The notes: generated by a model not told the origin, from the sequence alone. A stretch of 62,352 nucleotides of DNA, filler included, from Stramenopiles sp. TOSAG23-2 (GCA_900128395.1; 29 parts of 29 records of this genome joined end to end with filler, not necessarily neighbours in it), one strand, 5' to 3'; positions 12,249 through 23,972 are shown, counted from the first letter of the whole stretch. Translations and numbers: made by a program.

Positions 12249-13411
12249 GGCACATTAGTAAATGTTGTAATTTTGGTTTGCATTTACAAACTACGGTATT
12301 TTCACGGACAGTTACTATGTCAAACAACAAGGATCCATGATGGTGAAAGATTTTCCTCGTCCGTATCCTTTAAATTTCCTCTCCCTACTAATATCCATAA
12401 AGCTGTTGATCTGATGTTTTCATACGCAAATTTGGTATTAGAAATGTCCAGCGGAACTGTAATAGTTGCAATTGTATGCTATAATAATGGGTCACGTTTG
12501 TTATCACTAGTCCAATGACGTACCAAGCTAATAAAAGGCAAGCTGGCAAGCCAGGCATGCCGGGCAAGCCACCTAAAAAAAGCATATGACGTACATATAC
12601 TTGGACGGACTGAAACGAAGAGTGGATCTCAAAACTAATTATAATGCTATGTAGTGTTATTTCCAATTTTCAGAAACTGACAGAAACACTACTAAATTTA
12701 CTACAAAAGCTGTGTGTGAGGTGAGGTGAGATGGTGAGATGGCACACACTATATTTTACGAGTACAAAAATTAGAACAAAAATTACGAACATGACAGGTT
12801 ATATTACGTATACATACGGCTTCTTACATAAAACACAAAAGCACAAGAAACATACATCCGCACAACAAATATATCAGTTGGTTAATATTCAAAACTTTTT
12901 CTTTTCTTTTTTTTTNNNNNNNNNNNNNNNNNNNNNNNNNNNNNNNNNNNNNNNNNNNNTTAATTAATTAANNNNNNNNNNNNNNNNNNNNNNNNNNNNN
13001 NNNNNNNNNNNNNNNGATATTAATATATTATTGTATTGATGTTGTATTCTGATCTCTCTATGTATTATATAATCTCTTATAAATATATATATATACATTA
13101 GTGCATTATTAGAGGCGGCACATCATCGAGAAGAAGAATTAGAGATGAATATGATTTTAGTGATTACCGATTTACGTAGATTACCGATTATATTTATCTC
13201 TCTGATTTATTACTCGGACACCAGAGATTTTCCTTGCCAGTAAGGTACATCAATAGCTACATACACTCCTAGTAGAGAGCCTAGAGTACAAGTGTATTCC
13301 TATTAGCATTATTACACCAGGTATAATACAAATAGATAGATAGATATACAAATAGATAGATAGATATACAAATAGATATAAAAAATATATAAATAAATAT
13401 ATAAATATACT

Positions 13412-13590
13412 TTTGCAATGATATAAACGATGTGAATAATATGATCAAAGCGTAGTTACTGGAAAGCCACATTTGCAATGATATAAACAATGTGAATAAT
13501 ATGATCAAAGTGTAGTGACTGGAAAGCCACATTTGCAATGATATAAATGATGTGAATAATATGATCAAAGTGTAGTGACTGGAAAGGCAC
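13412..13590. repeat. 60-nt tandem repeat, 3 imperfect copies
   Basis: TTTGCAATGATATAAAnnATGTGAATAATATGATCAAAGyGTAGTkACTGGAAAGsCAC at 13412, 13472 and 13532. Confidence 0.95.
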
Positions 13591-14019
13591 CATATTAATA
13601 TGCATCCATTCTCCATTCTCATGAAGTATACATAAACCTTTATAATCAGTAGAAGCAGTGTTAATATTAGAAATCCATATTGATTCAATTTGTAAATTAT
13701 TAAGAAGTAGATGTTTTATTTCAGATGCAATAGATACCCGATTAAGATGCAGTAGATCATCCATATTCTCATCCAATACATCCATTATTGTTTGTCCAGT
13801 GTCTGTAATTAAACACATTTAATTTACCTCTTCAAACAAACTTAAGAAGGGTTCCAAAAATTTCCATGCTGTCATCCCAACTTTATCATCCAACTTTACG
13901 TTTTCAGAATTTTCCACCTCTTCTTCTTCCTGATAAAGATTGATGATTTCATGGTGTGTTTTTTGTTCTTTTTCCTCCTCAGTCAAAAAGCAAAAATAAA
14001 GGCCAGATAAGTAATACAA
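13456..14019 (-). pseudogene. Degenerate reading frame with one in-frame stop (13819-13821), running into the 60-nt repeat
   Basis: ORFs 13819-14019 and 13456-13818 abut in the same frame; no family recognised. Confidence 0.35.
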
Positions 14020-14163
14020 AGGTCAATAGAGGCATAATAAACAAACAATAACAACTAAAACATTCAGGAACAATTTTGGTGAATTCCCACACTCAGAATT
14101 GTAACTTTGCCATTCTTTTTGTGTTCAAATTAGTGATACTGATACAGACATTTCATTGATTTA

Positions 14164-14481
14164 TTGTACAAGCTAGCTATTTTACAAAATCTATCAACAA
14201 ACTGGTTATATGTAGGCATTCAAGGTGAGGAAGTTGCCACATGTATGGGAGTGGACATCCATGATTGTAATCGAAGTGGCATATCCACAGCGGAATGTGA
14301 TAATAGCTTCAGAGTAGCAGCGGAACTTGATAATGGCAATGATATGAAACGTATGCCCCAAAATGCCACTTATGCCGTAAAAGAAATTCGCTGTTGGGCA
14401 TGTGATAAGTTAGGGCACGGGTTGGGTGAATGTTGCAACAAGGCTAAATTAGCAGAATTCCACAAGAAAAACCCCAAGTGA
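14164..14481 (+). mobile_element. CCHC zinc-knuckle ORF, possible retroelement gag relic
   Basis: CWACDKLGHGLGEC fits CX2CX4HX4C exactly; lies in a repeat-rich degenerate contig. Confidence 0.5.
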
Positions 14482-14777
14482 CGGTTATTGATTTTTTATC
14501 AAACTGGGTTAAAAAATATAACTCCAACGATAAGAAAAGATCCCTAAGCACATTACCAAGAAATGTATACCATTGTCATTACAAACCAGCAAAAACTGAT
14601 ATAAATTCCCAAAATAGGTTTGAAGCGAAGTTGACATTTTGTAATTACCGTATTTGGCTGTATGCAAAGTATCAAAAAGAAGATAATGGTGCAGCCATGG
14701 TTGGTCAAACTAATTATTTATACAACCACCATGCTACAGCACTATTTTCATGTTCCTATCAGGGTTTTCCTAGCTAG
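14478..14777 (+). pseudogene. Degenerate ORF with weak AP2/integrase-type DNA-binding-domain resemblance
   Basis: LPRNVY...RFEAKLTFCNYRIWLYAKY..E..AA loosely follows the AP2 pattern. Confidence 0.25.
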
Positions 14778-14889
14778 AGCTAGCAAAGAATATAGCTCTA
14801 TTTAGTCGGAACACTATAATACAGGTGTAGCACACCTGGCACACTGCTGGCACACACGACGCTCCACCTTGTGCTTGTGAGCACCTAGA

Positions 14890-15025
14890 GTATTAGTTTG
14901 CAGAGGTGCATTATAGAGCTTTACTATAGTAGGATAGCATATTATTCTTGCGATTGAGTATTGAGCATATTACTTTAACTTAACACGAGAAGTGTAAAAT
15001 TATTATAACACTTAGATTTTAACCC
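14890..15025 (+). repeat. Dispersed 3'-intergenic repeat family A, long copy
   Basis: Shares blocks with 47100-47271, 16802-16866, 32459-32509 (reverse, 50/51 identical) and 56589-56685 (reverse). Confidence 0.9.
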
Positions 15026-15375
15026 ATCGGTTTTTTTAAAGAATAAAAAATAGCGCACGAAAATATTTAATAATGTACGANNNNNNNNNNNNNNNNNNNN
15101 NNNNNNNNNNNNNNNNNNNNNNNNTTAATTAATTAANNNNNNNNNNNNNNNNNNNNNNNNNNNNNNNNNNNNNNNNNNNNATATTATTTTTGTGAATGGA
15201 TATTTATGAATTTTCCTGGTTATTGATTGCATCATAATATTTATATCGTTATTTTGGGTTTTTTTATTATCATCTACGCATTTTCCAAACAAGTTTGTAC
15301 ATTGTTGTGACCAAATTTGTCTACGCCTTATCCTTTTTACTATTTGGATTTAGAATAATAAGTGAATTTATCATA

Positions 15376-16828
15376 ATGTCATCATCAACAGGGCCCAAAA
15401 TGGACGATAAATATTCAATAGTTTTTGAAAGTGGGCAAATAATTGAAAAATATGTAAGAAATAATCGCGGAAGTGGAAGAAAAAATTTACGATGCTTTCC
15501 TAAATGCACAACGTCGGGACATGTTAAAAGAGGATTTTGTGGCAATTCGATAAGCATTATAGTTTTTGGAAAAAATATAAGTGAACATGATCTCGTAATA
15601 TTACAATTGCTTCCATCGAATACTCCAAAGTAAGTACATCAAGAGATTAAACATTATTTTTATTCAGTACAAAAGCGCTTGAAATATAATATAATATATA
15701 CTAACAATTTTATACATAATTGCTTCTAATTTACTTTAAAAATACAGATGTACACGTGATAACCATGAAAAAAATCGTCAACACTACGTAAATATTCCTG
15801 ACCCAGACGTAAATGCACAGATGGAGGTTGGCATAATTCAAGGAGAAAGATATTTAAAGCATGATTTAACTAAATTGCAGCAGTATCACTACTCTGAAAA
15901 AAAGTATTTATGTCCTCAAAAACTTTATATTGGTATACCTGATTTGGAACCGAAAGAAAAAGGAACTTCCTTTGATGTTGGGGAAAGTATTACACGCTTT
16001 GACATTGCACCAAAAAGCTGGAGTTATGCATGGAACTCAAATAAACATTGTCATAATCTAGATCATGTGGTTCGAGCATATTTTATGAAGCGTGTAGGGC
16101 ATATATCTGGTCAAGATGTTGGTAAAATCAATCTTAGTGGTGACAGTAAAGACAGTACCAATAGTAGCAAGAAAAGTGCTGATAATAACAACAACAACAA
16201 CAACAGAAGAAGTAGTGGTAACAGTAATAATAGTACAACTGGTAATAATAGGAAGAGAATAAAAGTTGGTGTAGACACTTATGCAGCTGCAGATGGGATG
16301 TATATTTATGAATGTAAAGCTATTCACGATTCCTCTAATTTTACCATTGCAAGTAGTAAATCTGTACAAAAAATAAAAAAAAGGAGTGATATGAGTAATA
16401 ATATTCTCTATGATGCTGGATCCTTTGGCGCTTCTTCTTCAGTAACAATGACAACAACCGCAATAGACCATGGTAACAGTTTCTCCAGTGATGGCTCTAG
16501 AAATAGCAATGACAATAATAATAATGGTAGTAGTAGTAGTAGTAGTAGTAGTAGTAATACCAAACAACAACGTAAACTATCTAAAAAACGAAAAATTGGT
16601 ATTAGCCCATCAAGTGATAGCTCTGGTAGTAGTTCAAATGGTAATAGTGCTAAGAAGAAACGAATCGATGTTGGAACGTATAAAAGCGCTCTTTCTAGTA
16701 GCAGTAGTAATAGTAATGAAGAAGAATCAGAAAGTCCTAAAAGTGATCCAACTAGGGATATGTTTATGGGTTATGATGGGGCTGTACTTAGTCCCGATGA
16801 AGATTCATTATTGAGCATATTACTTTAG
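15376..16828 (+). CDS. Putative nuclear DNA-binding protein of the RNNR..KNLRCFP.C...H...FCG family; exons 15376-15629 and 15748-16828
   Basis: GTAAGT donor at 15630, TACTAAC at 15699, TACAG acceptor at 15747; splicing joins the two ORFs in frame; several basic NLS-like tracts. Confidence 0.8.
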
Positions 16829-17345
16829 CACGGGAAGTAAAATTATTATAACTTTAGATTTTAATCATATATATAATATGTATAGTATAATTAAATGCAA
16901 TTTAAACTTATGAGTGAGATGGCGATACTCGTGCCCAGGTAAATAGCACTGGTTTCCTATCAAACATATAAAAATTAATATACTAAATTTATACTATCAC
17001 CTAAATTTTTAGAATTGGACACAAATCTACAAAAATCATTGATTTTTTCACTTTTTACCGATGTTAGACGTTAGGGTTCGGTGTCTCGATCCTCCTTCAC
17101 AGTTTATACATAGTTCCTCTAATATTCTTATTAATAATTGTTAATATTTATTACAGGTGCTATGTAATGCTATTTTATATACACATCATTATCTTTCGCA
17201 TATATATCTATGCACATAATTTCAATTCAATATGGATAAATGTATNNNNNNNNNNNNNNNNNNNNNNNNNNNNNNNNNNNNNNNNNNNNTTAATTAATTA
17301 ANNNNNNNNNNNNNNNNNNNNNNNNNNNNNNNNNNNNNNNNNNNN

Positions 17346-19265
17346 GTAAAATATTTCTATTGTCTGCTTCTAACCCTACCGGTGCACTAACGGCTTTCGT
17401 CCCAAGAAGTAATTTTACAAGAGATTCTTGTTGTAGTTCTACTGCCCTTTGCAAAGGCGTTCGATTTCGATCACTCACAATGTGTTTAGCCTCTTCTGGA
17501 CATTGTTGAATCATAATCGATACAAATTCATAAGCTTCATTGTCCATTGCTATAGATATAGGCGTTTTCCCCTCTTCTGTTTTGTACATTCCCGCTTCAG
17601 GGAAAATAGATAGTATTTTGCTTGCAACTGATTTATACATTTTATAATGCATCGCACTTCTGGATATGCTTCGTATATTCGCTTGATTGATGGTAATGGA
17701 AGATTTGCATACAGTGCCCAATGAAGTGGCAAAGAGCCGTATGTGGTGTCTTTTCGTGCAGCACCATCAGGATCATAATCTAATAATATATTAATAACAT
17801 CAAGGGAACAATTTTTATTCGCTGCTGCTAATATTAATGGTGAATTTCCTTCCTCGTCCAATTCTGTTACGCTTTCAGGATATAACATCAATAATTTTTT
17901 CACTAAAGCTGGTGTATTGTTTTTTTTCATATTGCCTTTAGATACTGCATAATGTAGCGGCAGCTTCTCTTCATATCCTTTTTTACGTGCAATGTTTTCA
18001 TATAAATCTAACATTTTTTCAATAAAGTTGTAATTTGTTTCTTCGAAGATAGCCCAGTGCACTGGTAAATTATTATATTCTTCTTCAATAATCAAACAAG
18101 CGTCTGGTTTAAGATTTAAAATGTATTCCTGCACATCTAGTTGTGTTGAATAACGAGATGCAAGATGTAACGGATAACACTCTTCCTTACTGTCCATTGA
18201 AGAAATAGATGCTGCATCAATTGATAGGATGCGTTGTATGATTTCTAAAGGAGCATCTGCTTTCAAGGCTATATGTAATGTATCCTTTTGACTTTGTATT
18301 GATGAAGTCCAATCCGTAGTTGGCAATGCCATTGCTTCTTCCCATAGCATACCATTTATTGCTGTAGTAACATGATTATTCGCGCCTAATAAAAAAGCAT
18401 TTTTTTCAATCATATCTTTCCACAAATATTTTCGTATGTTTAAAGTTTCAGCTTTCATATTTCCTTTCTTTCTATGTAAACTAGCAAGATATGCCAATGG
18501 ATTCATTGCATCAAGATCTTCAAACCAAAAAGCAGAAGATTCTGATTTATTCAAAAGAAATTTCACTGCTTCTATATCTTTCAAAACAGCTATATAATGC
18601 AATGGCAATCTATTGTACGAATCAACTTTACTTTCAATACCCGGAAATGTATTAATCAAGGCTTCAACGGTAGCAACATTTGCACCGTAAAGGCATGCCA
18701 AGTGTAACGATGTATGATTTTCCAAGTCAATCAATATTGAACGTAATAATTCAACAGGAAATGTATGTTGATGCTCTGCTGTAAATAATGTTTCATCGTC
18801 TTCATCGTTTTGTTTTTTAATATGGTCAGCTGTTAAATTAAGAACATCTCCATCATCACATAAAACAACATAGTTTCCATTGCCATTATCAGCAGTGATT
18901 GTTCCAGGATACCAGCTTCCACCTGTTTCATAATATGCTTGAACCATATCACCAATGTTAAAATGTGGTAAAACCACACACTTTTGACATACTGCGATAC
19001 CAACATCATGACTTTTTATATTTGGTAAAATTTGCAACACTTTCCCCCATCGCTGTTCTTTTATCAATGAATACAAACCAAAACAATATTCACAAGATTT
19101 TGCGTCTGCTTCTTCTATTTCTGTAATTTGTCTTTGTACATTGAATTTGCTGGGAAAAGCCCATTTATTGCTGTTATTATCAGTATTATCGTTTATTATA
19201 GCCTCATTATTTTCCATGAGTCGCAGTTTTTCTTCCATATAATTAAATATATATCTATGAGACAA
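17346..19265 (-). CDS. Ankyrin-repeat protein with N-terminal Tudor-like domain; frameshift near 17655; partial
   Basis: FNIGDMVQAYY..GSWYPGTI...YVVLCDDGD followed by many LPLH.A ankyrin repeats; repeats continue in another frame (GKTPISIA, RTPLQRA). Confidence 0.85.
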
Positions 19266-20011
19266 TTGTTTTACAAGTACTTACAAAGCATTAATACATG
19301 CTAAAGAAGAATAATTACATTAACATTTCAGATAAAAGAAATGATTAAAAGTTTGAACAAAAGATTTTTTTGTTTTCATATACAGAAGCAAGTTATAAAT
19401 GATTTGGAANNNNNNNNNNNNNNNNNNNNNNNNNNNNNNNNNNNNNNNNNNNNTTAATTAATTAANNNNNNNNNNNNNNNNNNNNNNNNNNNNNNNNNNN
19501 NNNNNNNNNATTGTAATAATAGCAAATGTAATTTAAAAAATATTAGTCAAACAAAAATTTTTGAAGATAATAAAATATATCATAAGGTTTGGGTAAAGAA
19601 TATAATTACCAATCTTAAATTTATAAAAAATAATAATTTCCATTTTTGTAATACTTTATATATTTACCCATTTAAACCAAATAAATTGAATAAAAAATCA
19701 AAACACAAAGGAATTATTCATATTCATAAAAAAAATGTAAATAATAATAATATTATTATTAATATTTGTATTTATTTCTATTGAAAAAAATAATATAAAT
19801 GAAAAATGTATAATTAAATATATTGATAACGAACTAATTTGTGTGTACCTCGTATATAAAACAAAAATACACAAATTAGTCGTAAAAATATTTAAAATAT
19901 TATCATTATTTTGAATTTACTACGTAAAAACTATACAAACAAATGTTTTTTAAACACTATAAATCTAAAAATATATAGAGACTTTACGCATAGTGCCATA
20001 TTTCATTAATT

Positions 20012-21175
20012 TTAAGAATACAGAGATGAAAGTTTTTCAAGCATGGCAATGTCAAATAAAGTTTGTCCCGTTCTGCCATTACTACCATCAGCTTTAATAC
20101 TTTCATCTTCTATTACTTTTATAATTTCTTCCTGAATTACTGCATTTTCATCATCATCATCATATAAAATATCGTAATAATTACGTAATAATTTACTGTG
20201 TTCTTCATCACTATATTGTAAAAATTGTGCTTTATATTCCAGCCATGACAGATCACTTTGTTGAATATTGATACGACGATCAAATATATCTTTCATTAAC
20301 GTATTTTGCAATTGTACATAATACTCCGCTGTACTGCCTTCGATCTCTTTTTCCATCGAATCCATCTCTGTAATCGAAACAATATTACCAGCCAATGCAA
20401 CGGTATTGCCTATATTTTTCACTTGATGCGGGCAGTTACCAGGGATGAATATAAATTCTCCTTGCTTCACTGTGCCATAATAGTGAATGATATTAGATTG
20501 TTGATGTTCATCATCTTGTTTTCCTTTGGAATAAAATGTATAATCATATGGAAAATCAACAACTGGTGACAATACATGCCATTGTTTTGTTCCATCGATG
20601 ACATATTGCCAAAATGCACTACCAAATACATCAATATGCAAGCCGCCAAATGAATTGTTTTTGCCGATAAATAAACTGGGCCAAGAATCGCGATATTTTA
20701 ATGGAATAGCCGGGGATACACGTTGTAAAAAATCTTGTGCAACGTATTTTGGTATCAAATAATTGTCATGCAATAACTTAAAACAGTGTCTTGCAAGCGG
20801 GAAATCAAAGACACCATAATCATTGTCTTCATCGTTACTATTATTACTATTGTTATAAATATTAAAATATAGTACTTTTAATGGGTGCGATATTTTTCGA
20901 TCAATCCCTGCCCACCCGTTTCCACCTGTTGTAGCTTTAAATACTTCTACATCTCCACAGTATTTTAAAATATTGTCAATTGTCATATCTCTATACAAAT
21001 GGTTGATGTCAGTTATGATTACTGGAATATCTTTCAATGCATAATTTGTGAAGAATTCTAATAAAGATAATTTTGACACCTTGTCAATAGAAACAGTTTT
21101 CACCGCATTTACTTTGTTTAATGTTGATGTAATAATGAAACAGCAAATGTAGACGATTATTATTACGTTCATCAT
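20012..21175 (-). CDS. JmjC (Fe/2-oxoglutarate cupin) protein with signal peptide
   Basis: WPSLFIG...GLHID, GTKQW and GEFIFIP..CPHQVKN give the HxD...H triad; hydrophobic N-terminus ending VNA. Confidence 0.88.
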   Translation of the reverse strand: MMNVIIIVYICCFIITSTLNKVNAVKTVSIDKVSKLSLLEFFTNYALKDIPVIITDINHLYRDMTIDNILKYCGDVEVFKATTGGNGWAGIDRKISHPLKVLYFNIYNNSNNSNDEDNDYGVFDFPLARHCFKLLHDNYLIPKYVAQDFLQRVSPAIPLKYRDSWPSLFIGKNNSFGGLHIDVFGSAFWQYVIDGTKQWHVLSPVVDFPYDYTFYSKGKQDDEHQQSNIIHYYGTVKQGEFIFIPGNCPHQVKNIGNTVALAGNIVSITEMDSMEKEIEGSTAEYYVQLQNTLMKDIFDRRINIQQSDLSWLEYKAQFLQYSDEEHSKLLRNYYDILYDDDDENAVIQEEIIKVIEDESIKADGSNGRTGQTLFDIAMLEKLSSLYS

Positions 21176-21949
21176 CACAATTTTTTCATATTACATATGT
21201 ATATATAGTGATAGATATAGTGATGGTTTCTTCCTTATTCAGTTGGGTACTGTACAATAATATTATGATGCATGAATTATATCATAAATTGTGTTTGTCT
21301 TGTGATATATAATAGATATATATAAAGTTTAACCCCACCTAGTTTTTTAAAAAAAATATGAAAATATATATACGACTCGTAATGCCTAGCTACCAAGTAG
21401 CGGCGCTTTTGTGTTTGGGGGGAGAGCTGGAGAGCACGAGAAACATTCTTCTTTATATTTACCTCAAGTATAAGTACCTAAGTATGCTGGTATGATATTA
21501 CCACAGGTATAAATCTTACACACTATGAAACATTTTGACGCTTGTATCCCTTGCTGTGTCAATGCTATTAATNNNNNNNNNNNNNNNNNNNNNNNNNNNN
21601 NNNNNNNNNNNNNNNNTTAATTAATTAANNNNNNNNNNNNNNNNNNNNNNNNNNNNNNNNNNNNNNNNNNNNACCACCACCACTAGTATTACCACTACTT
21701 GTATTATTGGTAGATGACAACTTGTCATGGTTGGTAATATTATTTACATAAATAAAATCTACCGTCAAAGGGAGATAAACAGAATAATCAAAATAAATCT
21801 GGTGCATTAAAATTAAAATGTTTTAATGATGAAGATATACAAAAGATGGAAAAAAACAATACAATATTAAAACAAGTATACCACCACACTTTGTATTATT
21901 AGCAGAACGTGCAGATAAAGATTTAAAAATTACTGGTAGAAATAAACTA

Positions 21950-22525
21950 ATGAGTGATCGTGAAAAATTCAATTTGAATTTCTTTGATTTTCCACATACT
22001 GAATCTACTTTACGTTCAAAAGCAAATTTATTTATTGAAACGTTTCAAGATGTAGATTTACGAAATTTTCAATTGAGAGATGCATATTTTAAACTTAGAA
22101 ACAGAGCTATACCAAGTTGCAAAAAAATTCAAAGATGTTGGAGAAGATATAACTTTTTAAAGAAAGTATATGCAACATCGAGATTGCGAAAGTTACAAAC
22201 ATTACAACGCCGTAATTATGAAAAACGTATGGAAGAAGAAAGAACTCAACGTGAATTAGAACGGAAAAAATTAGAAGCTGAGCAAAAAGCATTGCAAGAA
22301 AAAAGACGAAAAGAAAAGGAAGAAATAGAAAGAATAAAGAAGAAAGAAGCTGAATTTTTCCCTGTGAAATCAAAAAAAGATGCAGAAACAAAATATTGGT
22401 ATAAAATAGTTGGTAGTAAATTTAAAATTACAAAGGGAAAACATGCAGGTGAGAAATATATCGTAAAAAAAAGACGTTTGACAGGAAAGTTATATAGTAA
22501 AAGAATATTAACCGATGATGATTGA
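21950..22525 (+). CDS. IQ-motif coiled-coil protein; coding frame extends upstream to about 21770 through a frameshift near 21877
   Basis: KKIQRCWRRY IQ-like motif followed by an E/K/R-rich helix. Confidence 0.65.
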   Translation: MSDREKFNLNFFDFPHTESTLRSKANLFIETFQDVDLRNFQLRDAYFKLRNRAIPSCKKIQRCWRRYNFLKKVYATSRLRKLQTLQRRNYEKRMEEERTQRELERKKLEAEQKALQEKRRKEKEEIERIKKKEAEFFPVKSKKDAETKYWYKIVGSKFKITKGKHAGEKYIVKKRRLTGKLYSKRILTDDD

Positions 22526-22685
22526 GAGAGAAATTAATTTTAACACTATATCATTGTGCCAGGGAGCACTATATATATTGTACGCACTCGTACATGTTGT
22601 ATTTTCATGCATTTTTAATAAAATTAATCAATAAATCATAAATAGTGTGTTTTAATAATAATAAAAACCAATTTTTTTAAATTTA

Positions 22686-23264
22686 TCATATTTGAATATT
22701 ATCGCAAAATTCATCATATGCTTCCTCATCTAAAATAATATCATTCATGGAATATAAATCATGATCTAATATTTCTACATCAACAATCCAGTCATTGGCG
22801 TTGTTATTACTATTCACAGCATTATTATTTACAGCTACAACTTTTACATTAATAGGCAAGGAAATAGTTTCATTACCTTCAGCATTTTCCCATATTGTAT
22901 GATATAATTCATCAGCTGCAGAAATTTTATACCCTGTCCATTCAATATTACAAATAGGAAGGTTTGGAGACACTTTTCCTTCAACACTTATGTTATTATT
23001 ACACATTTCAATACTAGTTATATCTCCAATCGTATCTAATAAATAGTAGCTAGGTCGTAATCGATAGATATTGCTGTCACTATTATTAGTCCCATGATTC
23101 AATTGTATAAGTTCTACATGGTTTTTCAAATATATACTTTTATTTACGTCATCAATATTATCATTATTGGCCAAACTTGAGGAAATTGTTGTTAATTTTT
23201 GATGATGTTGGTTATTATTTCGTATAGACCAAATTATTCCACGTTTCATAATTTTATGTAACAT
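22686..23264 (-). CDS. Glycine cleavage H-protein-like fold lacking the lipoyl-lysine motif, probable mitochondrial targeting peptide
   Basis: IGDITSIE, ISLPINVKVVAVN, DWIVDVEI and LDEEAYDEF align with GcvH; ESVK is replaced by EWTGYKISAADELYHTIW. Confidence 0.6.
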   Translation of the reverse strand: MLHKIMKRGIIWSIRNNNQHHQKLTTISSSLANNDNIDDVNKSIYLKNHVELIQLNHGTNNSDSNIYRLRPSYYLLDTIGDITSIEMCNNNISVEGKVSPNLPICNIEWTGYKISAADELYHTIWENAEGNETISLPINVKVVAVNNNAVNSNNNANDWIVDVEILDHDLYSMNDIILDEEAYDEFCDNIQI

Positions 23265-23316
23265 TTTTTCTGGTATTTGTATTTGTTATAAACAATTCTT
23301 TAACACACAATCACAA

Positions 23317-23347
<31 letters not shown>

Positions 23348-23972
23348 GTATACTTTCTACTATACTTTATTACTTTACACACTTTGCTTTACACTCATGC
23401 AGTATATATATATGTGTGTAATGTTTATGTTGTTCGATTAGAAGAAGTGCAGAACAACAGAAAACGAGAGAAGAACGAAACTTCAATATCAACAAACACC
23501 TTAAATAATAATAACAGAAAAAAGATATTTTCGCAGTATATTTTTGATGGGTGTTTATGTTGGACCAACAAGGGAATGAATTAATAATAGAAAAAGGATG
23601 GGAGAGAGAATATATACTATAGTAATTATTTGTGGAAAGACAAGAAGGTATATATATATATACATGTATATGTACATATAAATATGGGACGTGATTTTTT
23701 ACCATCGTTTCTTGCGGGTGGATGTGCTGGTGTNNNNNNNNNNNNNNNNNNNNNNNNNNNNNNNNNNNNNNNNNNNNTTAATTAATTAANNNNNNNNNNN
23801 NNNNNNNNNNNNNNNNNNNNNNNNNNNNNNNNNGTTGCAAACAAGGAGTGTGGATGGTGTGGCGATTGTGGTGGATTGAGATTAAATTTTGAGCGGGTGT
23901 AAAAAATGAATTATAAAATATTTTGTGTAAGATCAAAACTTGGTAAATAAAATGTATTACCACTCTTCTCCT

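Noticed and set aside
13412-13590. CRISPR-like array
   Set aside because: Units are head-to-tail with no unique spacers; eukaryotic context and no cas genes
13819-13821. Stop-codon reassignment
   Set aside because: Conserved genes are free of internal stops and end in TAA, TAG or TGA; this stop lies in a degenerate region
17640-17670. Micro-intron explaining the ankyrin frameshift
   Set aside because: The GT-AG pairs tried do not give a sensible in-frame product; it looks like deletion of part of a repeat
19833-19880. 12-bp inverted repeat downstream of the JmjC gene
   Set aside because: AT-rich, single occurrence, plausibly chance
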